From the NCBI RefSeq assembly GCF_037042905.1, contig NW_026974141.1, positions 10,540,001-10,604,000 of the forward strand: a stretch of 64,000 nucleotides of DNA, in the 5' to 3' direction. Of this stretch, positions 13,524-26,994 are shown in pieces. The notes below the pieces were generated by a model. That model made no database searches and was not told the DNA's origin. It was given only the letters and a program-made list of their open reading frames with translations. This stretch comes from Lytechinus pictus. Its lineage: Eukaryota. Within the stretch, counting starts at the first letter, position 1; every line of letters begins with the position of its first letter. A program made the translations under genes and the position numbers.

Positions 13524-15840
13524 CAGAAACAATTAATACCTTTAAATTTGTTAAACATGCATTTTACATGAATGTATGTAAAAACTACACACAGATTTTC
13601 TTCCAAGACATCTATACGCTTAAAGAATGATAATCTTCTTTATTTATCCCTTTAAATTATAATGCAAAATAATACTAATCAATAAAATTGCACATCGTTA
13701 AAACTGAGTAATCAAAAATATGCAAATTAATTTTGAAAATTTGCTACTTGCAATTCTGTTAATTAATCTAGACTCGTTTTGCTTTGGAATAAGATCTAAA
13801 AGCTCTAAAGTATTATCTATAAATGCCCCTGAACTTAATGTATATACAAATCAAATTATAGGTATCTGTCAAACTTCTCAGACTCCTTGAACACAAAATA
13901 TTTTTTGAAAGCATATCTATATACTCCAAATAACCACTTCATTATGCCAATATAGAATACCAATTTTTACAATTTATGCTATAAAGATGAAAAATTCACA
14001 TTAAATAATGAATTGGCAGGCATTAATTTTTTGTTTCTCAAGCACATTCATTGTCTGTTTCTTTTTTTTTTAAGTAGCTGCTTCCGTTTTTTTTTTTCTT
14101 TTTTTTCTTTTGCTCCAAATTAATGAATTACACAAATATCATTGGAAAGTTCATGCACTTTTCATCAGTTAACGATTTCACTGAAAGCATTTTCACTCAC
14201 ACAATATATTAAAATGAGTTGTTTAAAATAAAGTTTCATCATAGTTCCGAGTTTAAATTTAATCATGTGGCGATGATCTTAAGAGTTTTCAAGTTTCTTT
14301 AAAGTTCAATATCAAATTTCATCTCAGCAAGTCATCTCGATGATCATTTTCTTTTCTCTTGAAAATATTCTAAGGTCATTACTTTGAACAAGCGTCCACG
14401 AATTCGTAAACTACTTCTTGAATGGGAAATAAATTATGTATCCTTTAGATGATTCCTTGAATAGGCGATAATATTCTTCCTTTCGTTAGCCAATTTTGCA
14501 GATCAATTGATGGCGATCTGTATATGTGAATCTAAAGTAAAAGTTCTTGATCATCCTATCCATCGATACTGCTATGGTTGCCGCCATGAGTTCTACTATT
14601 GGAAGCATCACATTCATGAGGGTTGCCAAACGATACTTGACCATGATTATGCTGCAGTTGACCTGCTCCTTATCGTTCTTCATGCGAAGATGTCACTACT
14701 CCATACGCCTTCTCTGAAGAATCACAGAAATTATGGAGCTAATTCTCTATCTCTTGTCCAAAGTCAGAACTCCTATAGCATCGTCTTACCTTCCTATATT
14801 CCATCTATGGCAGCTCTGCTTTCCGTTTTTGCCATCTGATCCGATATCCTTCAGGAATGGGGTCATCCCATCCTAACTTCTTTGTAGTCAGTCCTTAAAG
14901 CAGTCAAGATTAATGGGCCAGTAAATCCATAAGGATCGCACACCGAGGCTAATTCACTCAATATACCACGCCGTGTTAGCGGCTTCTCCTTGGGAGTAAT
15001 CTTATAATTGAAGCAGTCCGGTTCAGTTTTATATCACCCCACAACCAAGAGCTCTCCCACAGGCAAAGTATCACAGTTGATATCCAGTCCTTTAACTTTA
15101 AAATACTTGGCTCTATCACTTTCCTGGATTGATGTAAGGACCTTAAAACTATTACTTGCTTACTTTAGTAGTTTGAGACCTTCCTTGCGATTAGACTTCT
15201 TAATTCTGTGGAAATAGTTATTGCCTTATCATCATTCGGACAGGATCATCTACATAAAAGAAAAATCATATACATAAAAGTTTGGCAACAGCTTTCACTA
15301 CTTCAGGAGTATATTCTTCCTGCTGGTCTTCTGCAGTCCTTTTCAAGGCATAACTACAAACGCTTGGACTTCAGGTCCCACCAAATAAATGATCACACAT
15401 TCTAAAACCTTGGGTTCAAACGTCAAGTTACCTTCTGGCCACCAGAGAAACATCAGAACGTCACGTTGAATTCATTTTATGGCACACGGACCTGGTGGAA
15501 CATAGCCTGAATATCAGCCATCATAGCAGTAGGCTCTTCACAGAATATCAGTAGAAATCCTGGCAACTTATTTGTCTTGTCTGGGCCTTGCATAACAGCA
15601 TCGTTCAAATATCTTACTTGCCACGTCGCAGCACAGTAAAAACTATTCTCGTTTTGTCTGGCTTCCTTGGGTTGAAGACAAGGAGGGTGGGCAAATACCA
15701 AGTTGGTTTGTTGTCTTCATCCTGGTCTGTCACCTCTTCTGAATAATTTTGCTGTAGCAGATCTGTAATGCCCTCCTTGTACTTGATATGAAAATGATCA
15801 TCCTTTTGTCAACCTCCTATGGAGTGACTTCAGTCTTAAT

Positions 15841-16277
15841 AAGCCAGTTCACGGTTAGCTCATGATCAAGTTTTCTCAAATGACCTTCGTGATTTTTCAT
15901 TAGGATAAGCACTATCATTTTTAAATGTAGATGTTGCGTAAGCTTGACCGGTAGAGTATTCAAATTCTAAGAACAAAGGGCATTGTATAGACCAGGTGAC
16001 TAGAATAGTACATCAGGGATAAAGTTTGAAAATCTGTTTTATTGTCTGCCTTTGGCACATTTGACTTTTGTTTAGGCTACTGTCAAATACCAGTGATTAT
16101 AAAGGCTCTATTTATTACTCTTCAGCTTGGATCTGATAAAATGAATATTTTGAAAGGAACACATGAATAATCATCAAATCACAAATGCCTATGTCAGTGA
16201 ATTTGAAAGCCACGTTCATGGTTTATCTCAAATGACCCTTTTCTGCTCGTGCGCAGTTTACAACCGTGAATAGGCTT
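15841..16277. mobile_element. ISL2EU/PIF-like MITE with AT TSD
   Basis: TIRs AAGCCAGTTCACGGTT / AACCGTGAATAGGCTT. Removing it with one AT restores the BEL frame LAELRLKSLHRR. Confidence 0.7.
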
Positions 16278-16668
16278 ATTCAGCCAAGGAATGATTATCT
16301 GGAAGTCTAAAGGACCTTCCTTGAAAAGAATTGAAAGCTCATAATGGCCGTCCTTGAGACTGATTTGTCACAAATTTCAATTGCCTTTTTGTAATTGACG
16401 GACATTGTTCTTGTGTCTGCTAGTCGCTAAATATATTCTAAGGATCAGAACAATTTCAACTGAGCAGACTATCATCACTGGAGACGAAATTGGTTGATGC
16501 GTGCTGAATTTCCCCATCTGTGTTTTCTGTGGTTACCAGAGGTACATTTATCATCGAAGTTTCGTCTCATCATGCTCATGGTAAAAGGACCATCTTCACC
16601 CTTGCTTACATCCAATGGAATCAGAGCTTCTGGATGTCTTGTCCATTTAATAATTCCACCTTCACAAA

Positions 16669-17915
16669 TGTGATATATGCAAATGCATTTGCGATTATGA
16701 CGTCATTGTAACCAGGAAGCATTATGCCGAAGTAAATGTATGAACCGTAAATCACCGCCTAGCGTAGTTCTGTCGGTAGTCCTCAGTCAGACGGCAGGTC
16801 CCAAGAAAGTGGCTTCTTTCATCCAAGTGATATTCATGACTTGAGATGTTTTGCATATTTAATGAGCTTGATGCGGACCAAAACACCTCTTTTCATTCGG
16901 TCATTGCTGCTCTAATTGTGCATCGAATTTCATGAATTTGGTACCATTGTAAAGAAGAAGAATCATTCTTTCAGGTCATGTGTTTGGATTTATTCAAAGA
17001 TTTTGTAATATAGGTTAAAATTTTAATCTAAAATATGCTACAAAATAAATATTTTCCCCTGACAAAAGCTGCTATTTTTACACTTTATTTTTGTTTGAGC
17101 CCAAATGATTTTTATATCATGATAAAGCTGAATATGTATGCTTTGAAATGATATAGGTTTCAAAATAAGAATTGGTTTAATCGGGTCAAGATCACACTTT
17201 TCATTTGCCAAGTACATAAAGCAGCTTGAAAACAAGAATACTGCACTCTGATTGGTCAAAGAGACCGCACACTGGCAAATTCCGACGGTTCCAGTGCCTG
17301 GGTTCGTGGGAAGGTCACACTTCCCATGTGGTAATCTCCTCAAATACCCCGCGCCTGTTGTTCTGTGAATCTTATCCAGCCAATCAGAACTCTGGATTTC
17401 ATGCAAGTACAAAATTTCAGAAATCTCGTCTTGTACCTTGGTGGGAAAAGTGTGATCTTGACCCGATTAAAAGGTGCTGCATATCAAGAGTGGCATTGTG
17501 AGAAAGTACAGAAGTTCAGCTTTATGTTGATATAAATATCATTGAGGCTCAAAATAAAAAGTTTTGCACAATTTGCAAAAGAAAACAGAGGAAGAAAATT
17601 CAGTTTTGAGGCACATTTTCAGGCCAGAAATTTACTTATTTAACAAAATATTGTATACAAAATAAATGACCAATATGAAAGAGTAACTTTTACTCTATCT
17701 GATGGTGCAATAATATTTCATTTAACTTGAGGTTAAAACAGGTAAATTTTTAGAGAAAGAAAATCTCACGAATCACGAGATTTTGCAAGGAGGAGGATTC
17801 AGCCACGAGATGATTTGGATGAATCTGGCCTTTTTGCTCATTAACATAGGGACCTGCGGTCTGACTGTCCTGGATGAAAGAACTTGTATGATTGAGTTAT
17901 GCATGAGACATGACA
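16669..17915 (+). repeat. Gypsy 5' LTR, split by a 1084-bp MITE
   Basis: 16669-16783 plus 17872-17915 matches the 3' LTR; 6 substitutions counted by eye. Confidence 0.9.
16784..17867. mobile_element. Non-autonomous DNA transposon with CAGTCA termini and 4-bp TSD (TCCT), copy 1
   Basis: TIRs CAGTCAGACGGCAGGTCCC / GGGACCTGCGGTCTGACTG; TCCT duplicated; absent from the 3' LTR; inverted twin at 62136-63219. Confidence 0.92.
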
Positions 17916-20284
17916 CTGGCGACGAGGACGGGATCGTCTAGGATTATGAACTAGCAACGTTAAAGGAAATTTTTCAGAGAAAAACGACACGACGAACCAT
18001 GGATTTTCTGTGAGGGCAATAACGTGTTGTCCCACGTACTTAATTCTCTGTGGTGTTTTTCGGAAACGTCTGTTCACGCAATCACGGGTACGTCGCCCGC
18101 ACGGATACGGTGAACTTTGAAATAGACTCTTAACTTAAGTCTCTATAACAAGTTAAGTGAAATAACTTGCAATGGCTTCGGCACCCTCGCGTTTTGTGTT
18201 TGAGGAGTTTGACAAAGACGGAGATATTGAAGCATATCTAGACAGGCTTGGTCAATATTTCATCGCTTTGGATATCACGACGGAGACCAGACATGAGGGT
18301 AGCGTAAAGCTATTCTTCTCAGTAGTATTGGTAGTGACACGTACAAAACGGTGAAAGATTTGGCATTTCCAAGCAAACCAAGTGAGATAACGTATGATGA
18401 ACTCAGTGGAATTTTGAGGGGACATTTCCGTCCTAAGCGCTTGGTTGTATCAGAAAGGTTCAAGTTTCATAATGCCAAGCAATCACCAGGTCAAACAATC
18501 TCATGTTTTGTCTCCTACTTGAAAAAGCTTGCTTCTTCATGTGAGTTCACAGGGGGGGGGGCGTTAGAGGAAGCTCTACGAGACCGCTTCATTGCAGGCT
18601 TGTATTCAAGTTCCATTCAGAAGAAACTTTTGTCCAAGAACTATAGATTCCAGGAAGCTGTGGAATTAGCATTAGCAGAGGAGGCAGCATCATGTAACAT
18701 CAAGGACATGTCCAATACTAAAGTAGATAATGGGAAGGTGAATAAGGTGTCATATTCACACAACAGACGTAAGGATGCTACCCAGGTCAAAGCAGGGTCA
18801 ATCTAGTACCAGTAGGCGGCCTAAATGTTATCGCTGTGGACTGTCAAACCATTCCGCGCAGCAGTGCAAACACAAAGATGCTGTGTGTTTTAAGTGTCAG
18901 AAAAAGGGGCATTTGAAGTCGGAATGTAAGTCAGGTGGGAACCAAAGAGGAAAAACAAATTTTCCGCGTCAAGATTATGGTTGCAGATCAGTGAAACAGG
19001 TCTAGGAAGATGATGATGACGGAGCTTACGATGGTAAAATCAACGTAGACTTCCTATACTCTGTTTTTAATGTGAACAACGTGACATCTCAGCCTCCCTA
19101 TATAGTACCAGTGACAATTGAGGGGGTTGAACTGCAGATGGAATTAGACACGGGAGCTGCAGTGTCTATCCTCACCTATGACGATTACTTGAAACAGTCC
19201 AAGCATGTATAATTGCAAGCGATCAGACGTCCGCTGCACGTATATCGAGGTGCAAGGTTAGACTTAGCAGGAGAGATTGATGTGGATGTCAAGTACCAGT
19301 ACATGAACCAAGCTATGACACTTACCTTGGTAGTCGTCAAGACTTCTAAACAGGCTCCACCTCTCTTGGGACGCTCTTGGCTGAGGAAACTGAAGCTAGA
19401 CTGGAAATCATTGATATCTGATCCTCAGTATTCAATCAGTGTTGATGCAGATGTGGGAACGGTTCTGCAGCAGGAGTTTGCATATGTATTTGAGGAAGGA
19501 CTTGGGAAACCTAAAGGCCCACCAGCGTCATTGCATCTGAAGGAAGGTGCTCGACCAAAGTTCTGCAAGGCACGCAACGTTCCTTTTGCTCTACGTCCTG
19601 GTGTTGAGGAGGAACTAAAACGGATGCAGGAAGATGACATCATATACCCTGTAGATTACAGTGAATGGGCAACCCCATTGGTATGCATACCGAAGGCCGA
19701 TGGACGGGTACGCCTACGTGGAGATTACAAGGTGACCGTGAATCAGCAGATTCATTGTGATCAGTACCCCATTCCTACTACAGAACAAGTCTTTTCAAAC
19801 TTAGTGGGAAGAAAGAAGTTCTCTAAGATTGATCTTAAATGTGCATACCAGCAAATGATGTTGGACGAAGCTCCACAGGAACTGGTAACGATCAACACCC
19901 ACCGAGGTCTCTTCTGCTACACAAGGCTGCCATTTGGTATTTCATCTAGCCCAGCCATTTCAATTGGCAGAAATTCATAGAGCAGGTCATATCTGGACTG
20001 GATTGTACTTGTGCTTTCATGGACGATGTGCTCGTGGCGGGAAACACAGACCAAGAGCACATGAGAAATCTGAAGCAAGTCTTCAAGCGTTTCCAGAAGT
20101 TCGGACTTAGAGTGAAGAAGGGGAAGTGTTCCTTCATGAAAGACAATGTGGTCTACTTTGGACGGAAGCTGCCATCCAAAGGAATTCAACCAACTAGTGA
20201 TAAGATTGAGGCAGTTCGCCACGCCCCAACCCCAAAGAATGTGTCTGAGCTTCACTCCTGGTTAGGGATGGTTAACTATCATGC

Positions 20285-22200
20285 CCCCTCTCATCACTAC
20301 TTTTTATTATTGTTGCAGAAGTTTTGGCGACGAAAATTAAACAGAATCATAAAATTGAAGGTCTCAGTTTACCGATTTCGCAGATGAATGATGATCAAGC
20401 AGAAGTAAAAATATCCCAATTTGCAGATGATACAACTATATTTATGAAAAATAATAATTCTCTTTCTATTTTGATGGAAGAATTAATACTATTTGGTTCA
20501 AATGCTGGGCCAAGGATTAATTTGCAAAAAACCAAGCTGCTGAAGCTTAATATTGATATTGTCCCCGGACAAATAGAATGTACTGAAGAACCGATAAAAT
20601 ATTTAGGTATATATGTTGGGAAAAATGAGAAAGATGTTGAAGATTATAATTGGCAAAATAAACTAGATAAGATACAAAATATTATTAGAGTATGGAAACT
20701 AAGAAATCTAACATTTTTCGGAAAAATTATTATCATCAAAACTTTGTTGGTGTCTCAAATTGTGTATCCTGCAAAAGTGATTAGAGTTCCCCAGAAAGTA
20801 ATCAAATCTCTAAATAAAATGTTATATACTTTTATTTGGAATTCTTCAAAAGAAAAGGTTAAAAGAAATGTTTGTATAAATAAAACAAACGAAGGTGGTC
20901 TTGGTATGGTCCACTTGGAATCGAAAATTGAATCGCTTAAGATTTCGTGGATAAGCAAGTTGTTAGAGCAAGGCGAACGTAGTTGGAAATTTCTTTTTAA
21001 TTATTGGTTATCAAAGATTGGTGAAATTCCTTTATGTTTTGAATACAATATATCAACAAAAGATATGAATTTTCTTTGTACAAAAGCAAATATACCTAGT
21101 TTTTACCATGATGTTTTTTGTAGCTGGTCTAAGTTAAGATATATTGGTATATTTGGAGTTAAAAACATTGAAAATGAAATCATTTGGAATAACAGCAATA
21201 TTACTTTTAATAAACGTATGTTGGTATTTGAGAAATGGAAGCATGCAGGTATAATTAGGGTAAAAGATGTTATAAGAAATCGTCAGTGGTTAGCACCAAA
21301 TATTTTAAATAAATCTGTCCATTCTTCTCAGCTTTTATTTGATTTAGAATATGCTAAATTAAAAAAGTCTTTTCCTGTTTATTGGTTGAATAAGTTGTTT
21401 AAGGAAAATTATCCACTCGAATTAAAAAAAAGTGAACGAATCGTAATTTCATTAAAAAGTGGAGAACAAATAACTCTAGATTATTTACCAACAAGAAAGA
21501 TATATTCTTTATTATGTTCGGAGGTATCGGAAAAACCAGGCATTGTTTCTTTTTGGTCTAATCTTTTTTCATTACCAGTTTCCTTTAGTTGGAACCATGT
21601 ATTTTATTTTAAGTTGCATTTAATTGTGGATAATAGAATTAGACAATTTAGTTTTAAATTTTTGAACAAGATTTTACCCTCAAGAGACAATCTATTTAAG
21701 TGGCATGTAGTAGAAAACAACTCATGTAACATTTGTGGAGAAGTTGATACCACTTTTCATTTCATACTGTATTGTAAATATGTTCGATTTTTTTGGAAAA
21801 TTATAGAAAGGTTGGTATTTTATATTTTCAAGATTACTATTTCTATAGATGAAAAAACATTAATCATAGGTTATGATCTGCAAAGTTCCAGCAATGTTAT
21901 GTGTAATTTATTTTGTGTTATTGCTCAATTTGTTATTTATCGAAATTATATAAAAAACATATTCAAAGGAAAAAGATATGATGCGAATTCTTTATGGATT
22001 GAATTCAAGCTTACTATGATTATTTATTTAGAAAGTTTATGTAAACAAAAAAGCAAGTTCGGAATTTTGAAAAAATGTGATATTCAAAAAATTATTGCAT
22101 TATTGAAGTGAATTGATTTTTTTTTTTTAATTGTTTGTATATATATATGTACATGTTATTGTGAATAAATACCTCGATTAAGAGGATAAAAGAAAAAAAA
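20285..22200 (+). mobile_element. 5'-truncated L1/Tx1-clade LINE
   Basis: Begins at the RT motif (C)PLSSLLF and ends with AATAAA and an A-rich tail. 11-bp TSD AACTATCATGC at 20274-20284 and 22201-22211. Much more AT-rich than the host Gypsy. Confidence 0.93.
20324..22111 (+). CDS. L1/Tx1 ORF2 C-terminal half (RT C-terminus, thumb, CCHC zinc finger), uninterrupted but 5'-truncated
   Basis: 595-aa ORF with QFADDTT, IKYLGI, EGGLGM and CNICGEVDTTFHFILYC. Confidence 0.9.
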   Translation: MATKIKQNHKIEGLSLPISQMNDDQAEVKISQFADDTTIFMKNNNSLSILMEELILFGSNAGPRINLQKTKLLKLNIDIVPGQIECTEEPIKYLGIYVGKNEKDVEDYNWQNKLDKIQNIIRVWKLRNLTFFGKIIIIKTLLVSQIVYPAKVIRVPQKVIKSLNKMLYTFIWNSSKEKVKRNVCINKTNEGGLGMVHLESKIESLKISWISKLLEQGERSWKFLFNYWLSKIGEIPLCFEYNISTKDMNFLCTKANIPSFYHDVFCSWSKLRYIGIFGVKNIENEIIWNNSNITFNKRMLVFEKWKHAGIIRVKDVIRNRQWLAPNILNKSVHSSQLLFDLEYAKLKKSFPVYWLNKLFKENYPLELKKSERIVISLKSGEQITLDYLPTRKIYSLLCSEVSEKPGIVSFWSNLFSLPVSFSWNHVFYFKLHLIVDNRIRQFSFKFLNKILPSRDNLFKWHVVENNSCNICGEVDTTFHFILYCKYVRFFWKIIERLVFYIFKITISIDEKTLIIGYDLQSSSNVMCNLFCVIAQFVIYRNYIKNIFKGKRYDANSLWIEFKLTMIIYLESLCKQKSKFGILKKCDIQKIIALLK

Positions 22201-24867
22201 AACTATCATGCGCAGTTCATTCCTAATCTTTCTACAATAGTCCATTCCTTGTATGAACTACTGGGATCAAAGCCGTGGTCTTGGGACAAGGACTGTGATA
22301 ATGCCTTCCAAGCTGTAAAGAAGGCGATCTCTACAGAGAGATTACTTACACACTATGATCCAGAGCAGGAGCTAGAACTGAGTGTAGATGCTTCACCCTA
22401 TGGAGTGGGTGCAGTTATCTCTCATGTTGACAACAAGGGCAACAGGAAGCCAGTAGCATATGCCTCAAGAAGCTTAAATCAGAAGCATGAGAAGGGCTAT
22501 GCACATTTGGACAAGGAAGCACTGGCCATTATGTTCGGTCTTCAGTGTTTTCGCACGTACCTGTATGGAAGGAAGTTTGTGATACGTACAGATCACAAGC
22601 CCCTGGAACGGATTCTATGTCCAAGGACTGCAATACCTACCTTGGCTGCCCAGAGGTTGCAACGATGGGCAATCATCCTGTCAGCTTTTGATTATGAGCT
22701 GAAGTATATTCCAGGCAACCAGAATTTTGTGGCAGATGCTTTGTCACGACTTCCCTTACCGGAAACTGTGCAAGGAGATGACGACATCTATAACATTGCA
22801 GCCTATCACATTGAGAGCCTTCCTATCACTAGCAAAGAAATCCAGAACAAGACAAGCACAAATCCTGTGCTTTCTAGGATTTTTAACATGGTGAAAACGG
22901 GAACATGTGTGGAGGACAAACAAGATGAAAGACTCAAACCATTCATCAGAAGGAAGGATGGATTAAGCGTGGAACAGGATTGCCTCTTGTGGGGTTATCG
23001 AGTAATTGTCCCTCCTAGTCTACAAAGAGACATTCTACAAGAGTTGCATACAGCGCATCCTGGCATGGTGCGTATGAAGGAAATTGCTCGCAGTCATGTT
23101 TGGTGGCCCAGGATTAACTATGACATAGAACGGATGGTGAAATCATGCCAGACTTGCCAGCAGACTCGGAACGTTCCAACAGTGGCACTACTTATGCCTT
23201 GGGTATGGCCACAGTCACCATGGACACGTATACAAAATAGATTATGCCCAGGACAAGAAGGACTATCTAGTCATCACAGATGCATATTCCAAGTGGCCAG
23301 AGGTCATTATGATGTCAAGCACAACATCAGCTGCAACTTTTTCAGCATTGAGGGACTTGTTCAGCAAGTATGGAATCCATCTGCAATTAGTTAGCGACAA
23401 CGGCCCTCAATTTGTGAGTGAGGAATTCGAGGATTTTCTCAGAAGAAATGGTGTGAAGCACGTCAAGGTTGCACCATATCATGCCGCAAGTAACGGTGCA
23501 GCTGAAAGGATGGTACAACCCTTTAAAAGATCATTGAGTGCCAGCAAAGCTCAAGGTCGCAGTCTTCAGCAGTGCTTGGATAGTTTCCTGCTTACATATC
23601 GCTCAACCAAGCATGCGACAACTGGACAGACCCCTGCAAGTTTGTTTCTTGGACGGGAGCTTCGCACAAGTCTCAGCTTGGTCAGACCTAGTACCAAGGA
23701 CAAGGTCATTAACAAGCAGAGTGACCAAAAACTTCATCATGACAAACAACATGGTCTGCGTGAATTCTTCCCTGGAGATCGCGTGTTAGTCAAAGACTTT
23801 CGTCAAGAAGAAACTTGGTGGTCAGGAACAGTCGCTGAACGACGAGCACCAAAGTCCTATGTAGTCATCCTGGAGGATGGCAGAGTCTGGAAAAGACATG
23901 TGGATCAGTTGCGGTCAGAATGCAAGGTGTCGATGGACGATTCCACTCATACACAGGTGCCAACACCATCAGCGCCTGTGAATCCAACAGAGACTTTTGA
24001 AACTGAAAGACATTTGTCTGCCCCAGAAAGTCTGGAGGGTAATCACTCTCCCATACAGGTGGACTCACAGATCGAAGATAATCCTGACACTATGCCTCCC
24101 AATTCTGGCGAAGTACTCCCTCTTCGACGTTCTAAGCGTGTAAGGAAGACGCCGGATCGGCTCATCGAGTCCATGTAACAGATGAAGGATGAAGTTTGTA
24201 AATATAGTTTAAGCTTTCTAGTGTTAGTGTTTGAAGATATTTTGATGTTTATTTTTTTCAAGATTTGAGTAGTGTTGTTTGCACAATATGACAGTTAAAG
24301 CAATTATATTCTTTTAAACAAGTCAAACAAACACTTGAATCCGATTACTTTTTTTTAGCATACTATACTGGAAAAGGTAAATTTGAAAGAAATTGTTGTT
24401 GAAAGACAGGAGAAAACAAAATGATTTTCAAATGCCATTTATTGGCAAACCTCACATTAATTTTCGTCATTGATATTTTGGCGGTACAACAAAACAGTGC
24501 AAAACTTGTAAATCACAGAATCAACGACACAGCTCAGATTTTGTTTGTAAATATGTTTTTTATTTGTTGCTCGGACAAATTTGGGCAAAGATCATCATTA
24601 TTGCTTTCATGACTTTTATTTCTCTTTCAAAGGGAGTATTGATCGATTGGATGAAAATTGGTATTTTCATGGCTTGATTTTTTTTATGGAAAACAAAAAA
24701 ATTAATGGTTTTAAAAAAGAGATGAATTTTTCAGGCTTGTGACAATTGTTTATATTGTCTATATTGCAAAAGAAAGAATAAAAAGTTGATGTTAGTTTTT
24801 TTGCATAAAAAAAAAACACATTGGATTTTGGTTAAAGTTTTGGAGGAATAAGCTAAGGAGGGAGGAG

Positions 24868-25026
24868 TGTGATATATGCAAATGCACTTGCGGTTATGAC
24901 GTCGTTGTAACCAAGAAGCATTATGCCGAAGTAAATGTATGAACCGTAAATCACCGCCTAGCGTAGTTCTGTCGGTAGTCCTGGATGAATGAACTTGTAT
25001 GATTGAGTTATGCACGAGACATGACA
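24868..25026 (+). repeat. Gypsy 3' LTR
   Basis: TG...CA, preceded by the PPT and followed by the TSD. Confidence 0.92.
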
Positions 25027-25380
25027 ACAAAGCTAGATGAATCTAGAATATCAACAAGAGGAGGAAATTGTAAGATGTCTTCTTGTCTTATTTTGTTTGC
25101 AGCTGATGTTAATAGCCTTCTTAGTGTTGACATGGGTAAGGGTGATTACCTCACCAGTGTAACGCCCCTGAAATCTGAGACTTATTTCAAAACACCCCAA
25201 CTGACTATTAATCGGGCTATTAATGTTCAAATGATGACTAGGCGAATATGCGTTTTCTTCCAGTAGCTTGAAGCCTAGTACACAAGTCTTCAGTATAGAA
25301 CGAGGTCGGTGAGCCAGGGTCAAGCATATCAAACGTATCAACATTGACGTTATCCTCACATGAATAGACCCGTACTGGTA

Positions 25381-25656
25381 ATAATAATAATAATATGCAA
25401 CATTTATATAGCGTTTAATACAAATGTTTCTAAGCGCTGCATACTATTATCCCGGCTTTAGCACGGCTACCCTGATCGGGCGCATCGAGCATTCAAGGAA
25501 TTTCTTCCTACCGGGTACCCATTTCCTACACCTGGGTCGAGAGTGGCAAATGTAGATAAACGCCTTGCCAAAGGACGCTAGTGCTGCGGTGGGATTTGAA
25601 CCCCGGACCTTGTGGTTCACAGTCCGGAGACTTATCCACTGAGCCACAACACCAAC
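25381..25656 (-). mobile_element. tRNA-derived SINE with an (ATT)n L2-like tail
   Basis: A-box TGGCTCAGTGG and B-box GGTTCAAATCCC. TSD ACTGGTA at 25374-25380 and 25657-25663. Removal restores the BEL frame IVPVRV. Confidence 0.88.
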
Positions 25657-26994
25657 ACTGGTACAATCGGTGAAGCTACCTTCAACTTTCCGGCCCCTGT
25701 GACACGACTTTATGTATCAAGTGGTTGCTCATCAGGCTGGGATCGAGACTCAGACGGTGACTGTGATTGAGGCTGAGGACTTCCTGTCTAATGTCTACCA
25801 GCAGCTTTGTGTAGAAATGTTGTATTCTTCATGCTTCATTATGCAACTGAACAAGTTCTCTTTAAGTTACACTCCTTTGACGTGTGTCCTTTGACTAGAG
25901 AATTGAAGCAGATGCCAGCTTCATTTACAGGTGTCATCTTCTTGAATAAAAGGCATCCAATTAAACTGTGCTCAGCCTTGCGCAAATAACAATTCTTATT
26001 ATACGTTTTATTGTTCTTGTCCTTGTTGACATCGGCACATGTTGTGGATCTGTGAAAAAAGTAGTAGCCTTCTATTTCATAGTTTCCCATCCTAAAGGGA
26101 CATTTTTACCTCTAATAATGCATAAAAACACGGGTTCATTTACCTCTTCAGAGGCATCTAAAACAAATTGTACTACATCATTGATGTTTGGTGCACGATC
26201 AAGGTGACGAATGTCCTACACAACTCTTAGCCACCCACCCCTAAGGGTCTTCATAACTATGTTCTTGATTACTCATCTCAGACATCATTCCAAGTGCTTC
26301 GAACGTATGGATGCAGATTATAAGATCATAAGCAAACCTCTGCAAACCAGACTTGTCGCTTGGTCGCAAGTTTGGGCCACTTTTAACCTTCTTCATCCAG
26401 GATTGGTTGATCTTAAATTTACTGCCAAAACGCTCCTTTAACAGTGTTCTCATATCCTACAGTAGGATCTATTATCATACAGCACTGTAAGCTCTTCTTG
26501 TTTCTCCTTTACAACAAATAGACTCCCATCTTTAATGGCTAGAGACAACATAGGAAATGTCTGACTGGGAACAGAGATTATATCGTCCCGGTCTAGATCA
26601 CAAGGTTTCAAATGTTGCTTCTCGAAGCTGAAGTAAACCTCACTATCGTGACTTATTTGTGTCTTCTCTTCTTCATGAAACCTGCTGTATATTTCCTCTA
26701 CAGTTTTGGCAATGTCTAACCTTTAATTGCTTACAAGTCAAGCTGATGACTTTTTGAGTAAGTTTCAGCTGCTAAACCTCAAGTTCTTGTTTCTTCATTT
26801 AGGGGTCAGCTTCAAGAGCTGAATTAGTCTGGGATGGCACATTAATAGCTGAATCTTCAGGCTTAACAGGGAGTCTTTTGCTCTAATATCACTCATCTTA
26901 ACTGGCTGAAGACCACACTGATGACAATCATCGAAGACCGTGTTGTTAAACTGTCACTGACGGATCCAGTTATTCTAATTTTCTATAGACCATA

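Larger units (their letters stand above)
18172..24178 (+). pseudogene. Gypsy gag-pol (zinc knuckles, protease, RT, RNase H, integrase) with stops, frameshifts and a LINE insertion
   Basis: CYRCG..H..C and CFKCQKKGH; ELDTGAAVS; SEWATPLV, LPFGISSSPA, FMDDVLV; VDASPYGVGAV, TDHKPL; LHTAHPG..C..C; LVSDNGPQF, SNGAAER. Confidence 0.93.
16669..25026 (+). mobile_element. Full-length Ty3/Gypsy (Mag-clade-like) LTR retrotransposon, defective
   Basis: 159-bp LTRs (TGTGAT...TGACA); ACAAA TSD at 16664-16668 and 25027-25031; PBS TGGCGACGAGGACGGGAT (tRNA-Ser-type) at 17917; PPT AAGCTAAGGAGGGAGGAG at 24850-24867. Confidence 0.95.

Noticed and set aside
17038-17501. ORFs of 124 and 91 aa conserved with 62502-62965
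   Set aside because: The conservation only reflects two recent copies of the same MITE; no recognisable domain.
22172-22186. LINE 3' hairpin resembling a U2 stem, suggesting a U2-targeting element
   Set aside because: The match is too short and the insertion site is Gypsy pol, not U2.
24250-24830. Possible extra insertion in the Gypsy 3' UTR
   Set aside because: AT-rich and long for such a UTR, but no convincing TIR or TSD was found.
25570-25656. tRNA gene calls here and at ~13000-13074 and 27650-27735
   Set aside because: The A/B boxes run into SINE bodies rather than a tRNA acceptor stem and terminator; one copy has a tail and TSD.
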